Shown here piece after piece: positions 51,383-59,954 of a stretch of 64,000 nt of DNA. Positions within the stretch are counted from its first letter, which is position 1. The number at the start of each line of letters is the position of its first letter. The notes beneath the pieces are model-generated. The model was not told where the DNA came from. It made no database searches and was given only the letters and a program-made list of their open reading frames with translations. The DNA is taken from NCBI GenBank assembly GCA_023480885.1, contig JAMCWX010000001.1:27669-91668 (forward strand), in the 5' to 3' direction. Position numbers and translations under genes: made by a program. The DNA is from Chloroflexota bacterium (GTDB taxonomy: Bacteria > Chloroflexota > UBA6077 > FW602-bin22 > JACPRP01).

Positions 51383-53254
51383 CTAATTATCCGCCATCTT
51401 CAACTCCGCTATCTGCACCTCACTTCCAATCGGCCGCATGATCCCATCATATGCCTGCAGGCGATCCAACTGCACATCGTAGACTCCGACTACGAGCCGA
51501 ATCTTCGTGCGAGACGGAGCATCGACTGGGATCTTCAGATCGTACGTCTGTCTGAGAAGAGAACCCTTGCCCTTTAGTTCCAAAGCTGATCGATCCCGGC
51601 TCAGCAGATCGTCGACCTCGTCGAGGCTGCGCCACTGGTCTTGAGGAAACGAGTGCACAAACACGTCGTACTCTTTCTCGTCAAGACCAGGCAGCGCCTT
51701 CCAATACAGCATCACGCGCACGGAGTCGCCAGGGCTTACGATCTCTTTGGACAGCTCGTAGCCAAGCAGCATCAGTTTGTCGCCGAAAGTTACGTTCAGC
51801 GCTCGCGTCGTGGCTCTGATGTCCGAGACAAACTGAGTCCCCTGTTTGTAGGTAGATCTAATGTAAAGAATCGGCATCGCCGCCGCCAGAACGAGCATTA
51901 TCGCACCGACCGCTGCCACAACCGCGAAAGCCACTCCGAACCCCGACCTTCTCCAAGCCGCCCGCTGCGGCACCCCCTCTCCACCCTTCACCAAACTCAC
52001 GATACCCACACTCACAATAATCGAAATGCCCGAAATCGCCGGGAACACCAACCTCCCTACGTCGGAACCGGCTACGTTTGCCCAGGCCAACAGGCTCAAC
52101 ACCATCACGGCTGCCCAGGCAATAGGGATCGCGAGCGCGTAACTCTCGATCCGCCGTTGTCCCCTCGTTCGGGATATCAGACAGAAAACGAGCCCAAGTC
52201 CAGCCAGCGCGACAATGCCATTGTAAAACCAGTAAACCATAGAATCTGCAACGATATTCGACCAGCCGAACAGCGCCCAGAAAGATGTGACAGTCGTGTC
52301 CATATTTGAAAACGACAGACCGGCCTTCACTCCGCCGCGGTCGACTGCCCTGAGGAACACGCTCAAGCCAAGAGGGTCGCCGTAAAGGCTCCAGTTGCGC
52401 GCGTACCACCATAGTCCAAGCAGGGCCACGCCAGTGCAGACTGCCATTAACCCTCTAAGCGCGAGAGCGACTGAGCGGCGCCGTATGGCAACGCCAGCTA
52501 ATACAACTGCGGAGAGTGGCAACAGCCCAAGACCGCTGACTTTGGAGATGCTGGCCATGCTGATCAAGACGCTCAGCGCGAACAAATTGCGACGGCTCGC
52601 ATCGCCTTTGGCGAGCTTGACGAGGCACAATATGGCCAACGACGCGACCAGCGTGATGAGATTGTCATTATTGATAGAAGAGCTAATGAAGATGAACTGC
52701 GGCACTAGGGCATTGAAAGCAGCCGCGGCCAACCAGATCTCTCTCGCACGAGGAAAGACTTCCATGGCGATAGCATAAGTGGCGAGTATCGTACCCACAG
52801 ATAGCAGAGTGGAAAAGAGCCTCAGCAAGTGTACCGCGAGCGAAACACCGCGATAAGGGAAATCCTCTTCCTGGCGATGCACCACGACGTTCTTGTTAAT
52901 CCTCGCGCCGATTTCTCCTGGTTGACCGCGAAAATTGAGCACCGCAACGTCTTCCATTGGCCCGGTATCTATCCACGACGTTACGAGCGCGCTCGCAAGA
53001 TAATATAGCGGGGGCTGTCCTCCCTCTTGCCTGGCAGGGTTTTCGAGGGCGTTCGAGGACTGCACGATCAAGGCGCGCTTATCGTGAATGTACTTGACGT
53101 TCAGGAAGTGCCAGAGCTCGTCGGGGGCCTCGAAAACAGGATTGACGACGTTGTACACCAGACTCAACGCCACGAAGGTCACGACGATGACGGCAAGGAC
53201 GATGTTTTCGGTCGACCACTGGCGCCCGGCTACTCTAATACCCGTGATCTTCAT
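51383..53254 (-). CDS. GT-C fold membrane glycosyltransferase (ArnT/PMT_2- or DUF2142-like)
   Basis: First-loop motif FEAPDELWHFLNVKY, about 11 TM helices, and a C-terminal soluble module (VTFGDKLMLLGYEL...VRVMLYWKAL) homologous by eye to the modules in 43072..45741. The ATG at 53254 overlaps the YfhO stop (ATGA). The track start is 53305. Confidence 0.7.
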   Translation of the reverse strand: MKITGIRVAGRQWSTENIVLAVIVVTFVALSLVYNVVNPVFEAPDELWHFLNVKYIHDKRALIVQSSNALENPARQEGGQPPLYYLASALVTSWIDTGPMEDVAVLNFRGQPGEIGARINKNVVVHRQEEDFPYRGVSLAVHLLRLFSTLLSVGTILATYAIAMEVFPRAREIWLAAAAFNALVPQFIFISSSINNDNLITLVASLAILCLVKLAKGDASRRNLFALSVLISMASISKVSGLGLLPLSAVVLAGVAIRRRSVALALRGLMAVCTGVALLGLWWYARNWSLYGDPLGLSVFLRAVDRGGVKAGLSFSNMDTTVTSFWALFGWSNIVADSMVYWFYNGIVALAGLGLVFCLISRTRGQRRIESYALAIPIAWAAVMVLSLLAWANVAGSDVGRLVFPAISGISIIVSVGIVSLVKGGEGVPQRAAWRRSGFGVAFAVVAAVGAIMLVLAAAMPILYIRSTYKQGTQFVSDIRATTRALNVTFGDKLMLLGYELSKEIVSPGDSVRVMLYWKALPGLDEKEYDVFVHSFPQDQWRSLDEVDDLLSRDRSALELKGKGSLLRQTYDLKIPVDAPSRTKIRLVVGVYDVQLDRLQAYDGIMRPIGSEVQIAELKMADN

Positions 53255-55830
53255 ACGGTCTTGCTTTGCGTCCTCCTGCTGTTGATGAAGGACACCGCCG
53301 CCCACGCGAAAAGCAGCAGCCAGGTCAACCCGCTAATCGCCAATCCTATCTCCCAAATACGCGGCTTGAAGACCAGCCTTACCTCGTGCGCGCCGGCCGG
53401 CACGACGACAGATTTGAACGCATAATCCGCTCTTAGCACCCGAGATTCCTTGCCATCCACGAAAGCAATCCATCCGGGGTAGTCCACGTCGCTGACCACC
53501 AACAGAGACGCTCGATTGCTCTGCGTGCGAACTTGCAATTCGTTTGGAGAAGGATACTTCGTCTCCAGCACTCGCCCATCGAACTCGCCTGCGCTTCCCG
53601 TCGAGAGACCTTCGACGGGATCCTCGACAAGCGCCAGCCGTCTCGGGTCGAATGAAGGTGAGCGCAGAAGATCGAGCATCTTGTCACGAGCCACGGCTTC
53701 CACGGTCGGGACCAGCATAGCGCGCGGCAGCACCTTCGTGTTCTCGTACACGTTCACATCAGGCGCGTCGGTGACTACAGGACGGAACTTCTGCCAATCG
53801 AGCGGGACATCTTTGTGCGCGACGACGTATTTCGCGTTGAGAAGGTCATAGGCAGAATTGCTGCGGCCTCCCAGGTTCTCCCAGTATCGATTGTAATCGG
53901 CCAGCAGCATCGGATTGAAAATGCCCATCAGGTCATCGACCTGGTTGAGAAGCGTCGTGTCCGGCTGCCATACATCCCAAACGTTGGTCACAGAGTCTAT
54001 CCTGCCTGGCTGCCCGTTGGTGTGGTCTTTCAAGAACGCGAGGACCTGCGGGTGGCTGAACCCGGAGACCACGCTTTCCGTAGTCGGATTGTACCCTGCG
54101 TTGGCGCTGAACAGGTCGACGACAATCAACAACACAGCCCCATACACCAGCGCTGATCTCCCTCGGCGCAGGTAACGATTCAGGACCAACGCGACCACGC
54201 TGGCAGCGAGAAACAACACCGACAGGTTCAGGCTGTTGATAACCTCCTGAATCCGTTGAAGGATCATTGGATCCTTGTCCTGGCTCGTCAGAAGCGCGCT
54301 ATAATAGAACGGTGTGGCAATGAACACCGAGCCAGCCAGTGTTGCCAGGCCGAAAACCTGCACCATCCGATAGCTGGGCCGCTCGCGCTTCCTTAAATGT
54401 CCCTTGAAGGTGTCCAGGCCAAAGGCCGCCAGCAGCGCTATCGCGAAATCGAACAGCAGCAAAAACCTACCAGCCGAGCGCACCTTGTCGAAACCAGGCA
54501 CGAATTTATAGAGCCAGCCGTAGAGGACTGTATACTCACCTAGAGACAGAAGCAGCGCCAGCAAAGCAAGGACGGCGAAGAACAGGGCCATCCCTGAACG
54601 ACGTTTCCAGACCACCATCGCGAGAAGAGCTAGCACCAGGGGCATGATACCAACATAGCCATATACTTCGGTCAGATTCCATTTCAAACCCCAGAAGGCC
54701 GCAGGGTTATCGCCAAAGAAATGGGGCACCAGCAGTGTGATCAGCCCAGAGGGCGAAGCGGCGAACTCTGTTGCCTTGGCGTAAGTTATGTCGGCTCTCA
54801 GCGACAGCCTGGTAAGCTCGTACGTTGGCAGCAACTGCAGAGCTGACACACCGAAGGCGATCAATCCTGTGATCGGCAAGGAAACGCCTCGCAGCCACGT
54901 GCTCCTCGCCGCCGCGTTTTGCGAAATGGCTGAGCCAGCGCCCAATGACGTAGTGGCGGGCGTTCCTGGTACTTGCCTCTCTGCAGCGGAGCTGTGAGAG
55001 ATCGAGGCAAATGCTGGTATTTGCCTCTCCGCAGCGGAGCTGTGAGAGATCGAGGCAAATGCTGCCCGCCTGGGCGGGGTCGAGGGGATCAACCTCGGCG
55101 CCAGCAGTTGCCACAGCCAGTACAGGCTCAGCGTAAATGCCATATAGAGCGTTATCTGCGTGTGGCCGGCGAGTATCGAGATGCCGAAGATAGCCCCGGC
55201 CAAAGCCGCCGAAGATACGCTCCCTCTTGTCACGGCGCGATGGAATAACGTTAGGATCAGAGGCAGCCAGATGGCAGCCGCGATCATATTCAGATGACCA
55301 AGATGCGCGGTGACGAAGCCTCCAAAAGCAAAGATCACGCCTGCGGCAAAGGAAGACACTCTGCTCACAGCCAGCGACCTTGCGTAAATGTAGGTAAAAC
55401 AGGCGGCCAAGAAGAAGTGCACTATGGCCAACTCCTCCATGGTCACGTAGGTGAACGGTCTAGCTGTAAGAAACGCCAGCAAATTGATCGGATAGAACAG
55501 GCCAGTCTGCATATCCGCTGCGAAAGGGCTTCCACTGTAAAGGTGCGGGTTCCACAACGGCAAGACGCCGTTCTGCAAGTTGGTGGCGGCGAAGGAATAC
55601 ACAGGGTACAGAAAAGAGGCCAGATCCCCGCCGCCACGAGGGACCGCTGTTCCTTCAAGAAAGAGTGGTCGCCAGAAAAAGGCGACGGTCAGAACCGCGA
55701 GCCCGGCTATTGCCCCCACGTCACGCAGAAGCCCGCAGTCATCCCTCACACGTCTGCGATAGCCGAGGATCGCCGCCCCTAGCCACAGCAAGGCGATGAG
55801 CGCATAGAAATAGAAAAAGGTCACAGCCAC
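53251..55830 (-). CDS. YfhO-family GT-C membrane glycosyltransferase
   Basis: GGGDLASFLYPVYSFAATNLQNGVLPLWNPHLYSGSPFAADMQTGLFYPINLL is the characteristic YfhO N-terminal region. 859 aa, polytopic, with a C-terminal soluble domain and a terminal TM. GTG start after GGAGGT. Confidence 0.8.
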   Translation of the reverse strand: MAVTFFYFYALIALLWLGAAILGYRRRVRDDCGLLRDVGAIAGLAVLTVAFFWRPLFLEGTAVPRGGGDLASFLYPVYSFAATNLQNGVLPLWNPHLYSGSPFAADMQTGLFYPINLLAFLTARPFTYVTMEELAIVHFFLAACFTYIYARSLAVSRVSSFAAGVIFAFGGFVTAHLGHLNMIAAAIWLPLILTLFHRAVTRGSVSSAALAGAIFGISILAGHTQITLYMAFTLSLYWLWQLLAPRLIPSTPPRRAAFASISHSSAAERQIPAFASISHSSAAERQVPGTPATTSLGAGSAISQNAAARSTWLRGVSLPITGLIAFGVSALQLLPTYELTRLSLRADITYAKATEFAASPSGLITLLVPHFFGDNPAAFWGLKWNLTEVYGYVGIMPLVLALLAMVVWKRRSGMALFFAVLALLALLLSLGEYTVLYGWLYKFVPGFDKVRSAGRFLLLFDFAIALLAAFGLDTFKGHLRKRERPSYRMVQVFGLATLAGSVFIATPFYYSALLTSQDKDPMILQRIQEVINSLNLSVLFLAASVVALVLNRYLRRGRSALVYGAVLLIVVDLFSANAGYNPTTESVVSGFSHPQVLAFLKDHTNGQPGRIDSVTNVWDVWQPDTTLLNQVDDLMGIFNPMLLADYNRYWENLGGRSNSAYDLLNAKYVVAHKDVPLDWQKFRPVVTDAPDVNVYENTKVLPRAMLVPTVEAVARDKMLDLLRSPSFDPRRLALVEDPVEGLSTGSAGEFDGRVLETKYPSPNELQVRTQSNRASLLVVSDVDYPGWIAFVDGKESRVLRADYAFKSVVVPAGAHEVRLVFKPRIWEIGLAISGLTWLLLFAWAAVSFINSRRTQSKTV
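54966..55061. repeat. 48-bp x 2 in-frame tandem duplication inside the YfhO gene
   Basis: Units 54966-55013 and 55014-55061 differ at 2 positions. They encode AFASISHSSAAERQ(I/V)P twice. Each unit contains an inverted repeat (unit 2: ATTTGCCTC 55019-27 / GAGGCAAAT 55052-60). Confidence 0.85.
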
Positions 55831-55836
55831 ACCTCC

Positions 55837-57066
55837 TCAGCGCTTGACATCCGATAGCAGTGAGTCATACAACGATAACGTGCTTTGAGCGATACTATCC
55901 CATTCAAAGACCGAGGCAATTCTGGAAACCTTTATCCTGAGATCTGCTCTTTTGCCCTCCGACGACATCAATTCCTCGATCGCCTGTTTCAACTGCCGCA
56001 CATCTCGCGGCGGAACCAGCGCCACGCTGCCCTCCAGCGATGGCAGACGACTCCTCGAAAGAAGGGATGCGTTGGATACGAGCAATGGCGCCCGCGTCGT
56101 TATTATGGGCAGATGGTGAGCTATGGCAGCCACTAAAGTGCCGTGGCGAAACGACGCTCCCTCGTCAAAGGGCAGTACGCAAATGTCGGAGGCTAGCAGA
56201 TTGGCAGATACTCGCTCACGATCGATAAAGCCCGTTCGTAGCACTTTGTCACGGTAATTCGATCCTTCGATCATTTCCATCACCCGCTTGCCGTACGCTA
56301 CATTCGTGGGATCGCTATCCCCAAACATCCCCCCGACCATCAACAACTTGACTCGCTTCCCCTGCTCGACGAGACCTTCGAAGGCGGAGAGAAGCGTGTA
56401 AATCCCTTTGGTGCTGTTCAGGAAGCCGAAGTAACATAGCAGGACCTCGTCGGTTTCGACCCCGAGATCACGTCGCCACCTATCCCTGTCGTACCCCGCA
56501 GGAGGCTTCGCGAGTATGTTGCTGCCGATAGGGATAACGCGCAACAGCCTGCGTCGGAATCGCGTGCGCAATTCGTCGTGATTCGCCACGTCAGCCTCAG
56601 CTACTTCCGCCAGGTCTTCGAAGTTAGTGACGACTACCCCGTCGGAGAAGCCCGCGAGCAGAGCGCCTGGCCAACGCCTCAATCCCCCTGCCTTCGGGAA
56701 AAGATACGGCACCTTCAAGTCGTGAAATGTCGTGGCGATCTTAGGATGGCGGGATAACATTCGCAAGCGTAAAGGCAGTAGGTTGATGGCCGGATGCATT
56801 CCGTAGCCAGCCGTCTGGTACTGAATGTGCAGCACGTCCGGCTGGACCTCACGAATCCACGCCGCAACGCGCCGCCAGATATCGAAGCCCCATCCTCCGA
56901 GAAAAGAAAGCCCAGGCTCATCCTGCTGGCCGCTCGCCGCCCTGTTCGAAGTGATAACCGCGACCTCGACTGCCTGCGTCCGCAACACTCGAACCAGGTG
57001 GCTCGTGTAATCGCCAACGCCTCCCTGCATAGGCGGATACTCGGGGGTGATCAGACAAACCCTCAC
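55837..57066 (-). CDS. Glycosyltransferase, GT4 (divergent signature)
   Basis: MRVCLITPEYPPMQGGVGDYTSHL N-terminus typical of the GT4 N-domain. The C-terminal EX7E region is degenerate (DEGASFRHGTLVAAIAHHLPII). The GTG start overlaps the upstream stop. Confidence 0.8.
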   Translation of the reverse strand: MRVCLITPEYPPMQGGVGDYTSHLVRVLRTQAVEVAVITSNRAASGQQDEPGLSFLGGWGFDIWRRVAAWIREVQPDVLHIQYQTAGYGMHPAINLLPLRLRMLSRHPKIATTFHDLKVPYLFPKAGGLRRWPGALLAGFSDGVVVTNFEDLAEVAEADVANHDELRTRFRRRLLRVIPIGSNILAKPPAGYDRDRWRRDLGVETDEVLLCYFGFLNSTKGIYTLLSAFEGLVEQGKRVKLLMVGGMFGDSDPTNVAYGKRVMEMIEGSNYRDKVLRTGFIDRERVSANLLASDICVLPFDEGASFRHGTLVAAIAHHLPIITTRAPLLVSNASLLSRSRLPSLEGSVALVPPRDVRQLKQAIEELMSSEGKRADLRIKVSRIASVFEWDSIAQSTLSLYDSLLSDVKR

Positions 57067-58013
57067 CTTCGGCCACCGACGATGTGTACCAGATGCCAGC
57101 CAGCGGCCTTGGTGAGCATAGCCATCCGCTGCTTCCTCATCCGTCTGTTCCGCACGACGAGGATCAGCTTAAGGCCATCCTCGACAACCTGGAAAACTAA
57201 CGTGAGGACGATGAACATTCGCAGAACCATCCCCTTCCACGCGCCGTGATGCTTGCTAAAGAATTTGCACTTGCTGTCGTGGAAATGGATGTTCCTACCA
57301 AGCACGTTCTGCTCGCTGCTCCTGGCTTCATAATGCAACACTCTGGCGAGCGGCAGATAAACTATCTTCCATCCCGCCTTTTCCATTCTGAAGCACCAGT
57401 CCAGTTCTTCGGAATACATAAAAAACTGCTCGTCGAAAACGCCGACTTCGTCTATGGCCTCGCGTCTTACAAGCATGCACGCCCCGACGACCCAGTTGAC
57501 CTCCTGAACCTCGTCGTTGGACCTATCCAGCACGTAATAGCGCTTGAGCAGGCTGTGTTCGGGAAAGAACCGCTGCAAGACCGTGCTCTCAATAAAGCCC
57601 GTGAGAAAGGTCGGGAAACGGCGGCGCGAAGATTGAACCGTGCCATCGGCAAACAGCAGTTGAGGGCCAAGCGCTGCCACATCACGGCTGGCCTCCATGT
57701 ATTCCAGCATCGTCGCCAGCGCTCCCCGTGTCAGCTCGGTGTCCGGGTTCAAGAGAAGCACGTAACGCCCTGAGGCTAAGGCCATACCCTGATTGTTTGC
57801 TTTCGTGAAGCCCAGGTTGCTTTGGTTGGCGACGAGCTTCACCCCCGGAAACTCCCGCGCGACCATCTGAAGACTGCCATCTTCTGATGCGTTGTCTACG
57901 ACTATGACCTCCCACTCGAAAGCCGCGTCTGACAGCGACTGGTAGATCGAGCGCAGGCACAGCTTCAGCAAGCCCTCGACGTTCCAGTTGACGATTACAA
58001 TCGAGACGTCCAA
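57063..58013 (-). CDS. Glycosyltransferase family 2 (first gene of cluster 2)
   Basis: (L)DVSIVIVNWNVEGLLKLCLRSI...VIVVDNASEDGS...LLLNPDTEL. The TTG at 58013 follows GAGAGGA. The track ORF runs to 58205, but that extension contains a strong promoter. Confidence 0.8.
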   Translation of the reverse strand: MDVSIVIVNWNVEGLLKLCLRSIYQSLSDAAFEWEVIVVDNASEDGSLQMVAREFPGVKLVANQSNLGFTKANNQGMALASGRYVLLLNPDTELTRGALATMLEYMEASRDVAALGPQLLFADGTVQSSRRRFPTFLTGFIESTVLQRFFPEHSLLKRYYVLDRSNDEVQEVNWVVGACMLVRREAIDEVGVFDEQFFMYSEELDWCFRMEKAGWKIVYLPLARVLHYEARSSEQNVLGRNIHFHDSKCKFFSKHHGAWKGMVLRMFIVLTLVFQVVEDGLKLILVVRNRRMRKQRMAMLTKAAGWHLVHIVGGRR

Positions 58014-58113
58014 GCACGTCCTCTCAAAACGAAGTTGCAAACACAAGCAGTGATTCTCGGCCAGGATGTGATACAAAACACAGCCCGGCAACCGCGCCTC
58101 AAAACGCTGCCGT

Positions 58114-58142
58114 ATTATAGTTCTTTCGCCGTGGAGTGACAA
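58114..58142 (-). promoter_or_regulatory. Near-consensus promoter of the cluster 2 operon
   Basis: On the minus strand: TTGTCA (58142-37), 17 nt, TATAAT (58119-14). This gives a leader of about 94 nt to the TTG at 58013. Confidence 0.5.
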
Positions 58143-58257
58143 GCTGACGAGACCGCCGTGAAAATGGCACCGTTCTTGCAGCCTCATCGTTGCTGTGAGT
58201 ACCATTCTCGTCGAAGTGTCCGAATCACAGGTATCGCCGACGTAGAATTAGGACGAC

Positions 58258-58434
58258 ATGGACCTCACCCTGCAACCTGAAGAAGTGCTATTACTGAGGC
58301 GCATTCTCGTTGACTACCTCGCCGATTTGCGCGGAGAAATCGCTGACACTGATAGCTACGAGATGCGCAAGGACCTTGAGCGAGAAGAGGCCAAGATAAA
58401 GGCCCTCATAGGCAAACTGCAACTGCGCCGGTAG
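58258..58434 (+). CDS. Hypothetical 58-aa helical protein (below the ORF-track cutoff)
   Basis: ATG 58258 ... TAG 58434 encodes MDLTLQPEEVLLLRRILVDYLADLRGEIADTDSYEMRKDLEREEAKIKALIGKLQLRR. It has an amphipathic heptad-like pattern and typical codon usage by eye, but only a weak RBS (AGGACG). Confidence 0.4.
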   Translation: MDLTLQPEEVLLLRRILVDYLADLRGEIADTDSYEMRKDLEREEAKIKALIGKLQLRR

Positions 58435-58509
58435 TGTCAGAACCTAGGCCGCGCCTCGCAACCCGCCCACAGCATCGCCCCTCACTCGAAGCACGTTTGC
58501 CCGCCTGGC

Positions 58510-58538
58510 TTGACAGTCCTTGCACAGGTAGATACAAT
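58510..58538 (+). promoter_or_regulatory. Consensus -35 promoter of the LOR/SDH-family gene
   Basis: TTGACA (58510-15), 17 nt, TACAAT (58533-38). The ATG is at 58581. Confidence 0.55.
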
Positions 58539-58580
58539 CTCTTGGGGTGTGCAAGAAATACGCGTCGAGTAGGGGGCCTT

Positions 58581-59837
58581 ATGAATCAAGAGCAGAAGCA
58601 CGTACAGGTCATCGAGTTAAGCGGGCACATAATCGATTCCATGATTCTGCCCAAGATTCTAGATGAGTTGCTAGATTTTGGGGTAGAATTCAAGATTCAG
58701 CAACTGAACGTGGGCCGCGGGAAAACGGACCCCAGCTACGCGCAAATCGAGATCGTCGCCGATACAGCGAGCCAGTTGGACGCCGTGTTGGGCGAGGTGC
58801 AGCGATACGGCGCTACCCCTCTTCGAACCGAGACGGCCTGCCTGGAGCCGGCTCCAGCCGATGGCGTGTTCCCCGAGAACTTCTATTCGACGACTAACAT
58901 GGCTACCAGAGTCAGGATAGACGGCGAATGGCTGCCCGTGGCCAATACAGAGATGGACTGTGGCATTCTAATAGAGGATGGCAAGGCCCGTTGCATCGCC
59001 ATTAACGAAGTGCTAAAGGGCCAGATGATCGTGGTCGGACACGGGGGCGTAAGAGTAGTTCCCACAGAGCGGCCGCGCGTTCCTTCCCCAATGTTCAGTT
59101 TCATGGGCAGCCAGGTCTCCAGCGAGAAGCCCAAATCCGTGTATTTGAAAGAGATAGCCGAGCGCATCGTCAAGGTCCGAGCCAGCGGAGGCAAGATACT
59201 GGTCGTCGGCGGCCCGGCCATCATCCACACAGGGTCTGGCGAGCTGTTATGCCGCCTAATCGAACGCGGCTTCGTCGATTATCTATTCGCAGGAAACGCC
59301 CTCGCCGTCCACGACATCGAAAGCGCTCTCATGGGCACGTCCCTTGGCATTTCTCTAGACGGAGGCATGGCGCTGGAGGGCGGCCACGAGCATCATCTGC
59401 GCGCCATTAACAGGATCAGAGCGGCAGGCGGTATCAGACAGGCGGTCGAAACTGGCATCTTGCGCAAAGGCGTGATGTACACCTGCGTTAAGCACGGCGT
59501 CGACTACGTGCTGGCCGGCTCGATCCGCGATGACGGGCCGCTCCCCGATGTGATCACCGACGTAATACGGGCGCAGGTGGAGATGCGCAAGAGGATCCAC
59601 GAGGGGGTCGAGGTAGCGATTATGCTCTCGACAATGCTTCATTCGATTGCCGTCGGCAACCTCCTGCCAGCTTCGGTCTTCACGGTCTGCGTGGACATCA
59701 ACCAGGCAACGCTAACCAAGCTCGTCGACAGGGGTAGCTTCCAGACCGCTGGGCTTGTGATGGACGTCGGCGGCTTCCTCAGAGAGCTACTGGACGCCCT
59801 CGAAAAAGCGCCCGCAAAGGCATCGGCTGGCTCATAA
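58581..59837 (+). CDS. LOR/SDH conserved-domain protein (TIGR00300-like; putative ornithine cyclodeaminase type)
   Basis: The N-terminal ACT-like part VIELSGHIIDSMILPKILDELLDFGVEFKI and the Rossmann-like part ILVVGGPAIIHTGSG...DYLFAGNALAVHD match my memory of this family. The track ORF begins 49 codons earlier, across the promoter. Confidence 0.8.
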   Translation: MNQEQKHVQVIELSGHIIDSMILPKILDELLDFGVEFKIQQLNVGRGKTDPSYAQIEIVADTASQLDAVLGEVQRYGATPLRTETACLEPAPADGVFPENFYSTTNMATRVRIDGEWLPVANTEMDCGILIEDGKARCIAINEVLKGQMIVVGHGGVRVVPTERPRVPSPMFSFMGSQVSSEKPKSVYLKEIAERIVKVRASGGKILVVGGPAIIHTGSGELLCRLIERGFVDYLFAGNALAVHDIESALMGTSLGISLDGGMALEGGHEHHLRAINRIRAAGGIRQAVETGILRKGVMYTCVKHGVDYVLAGSIRDDGPLPDVITDVIRAQVEMRKRIHEGVEVAIMLSTMLHSIAVGNLLPASVFTVCVDINQATLTKLVDRGSFQTAGLVMDVGGFLRELLDALEKAPAKASAGS

Positions 59838-59892
59838 CGACATTCCAGGGAAAAACTTAATGGGCCGGTCGTCAGCTAGCAATTGGGAAGCA

Positions 59893-59927
59893 GAAAAAGA
59901 GCCGTCATCTCGATGGGATGACGGCTC
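59893..59927 (-). terminator. Rho-independent terminator of ftsH
   Basis: On the minus strand: GAGCCGTCATC-ccatcga-GATGACGGCTC followed by TTTTTC. It lies 28 nt after the ftsH stop. Confidence 0.6.
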
Positions 59928-59954
59928 CGAAGTTGCGAAGAAAGAATACGCGTA

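Noticed and set aside
54966-55061. Direct repeats considered as a possible mini-CRISPR array.
   Set aside because: There are only two abutting units with no spacer, they lie inside an intact coding frame, and no cas genes are in the window.
58434-58580. A 49-codon N-terminal extension of the LOR/SDH-family ORF.
   Set aside because: The extension is Arg/Pro-rich and contains a consensus promoter (58510-58538). The conserved family N-terminus begins at the ATG at 58581, which follows a G-rich RBS.
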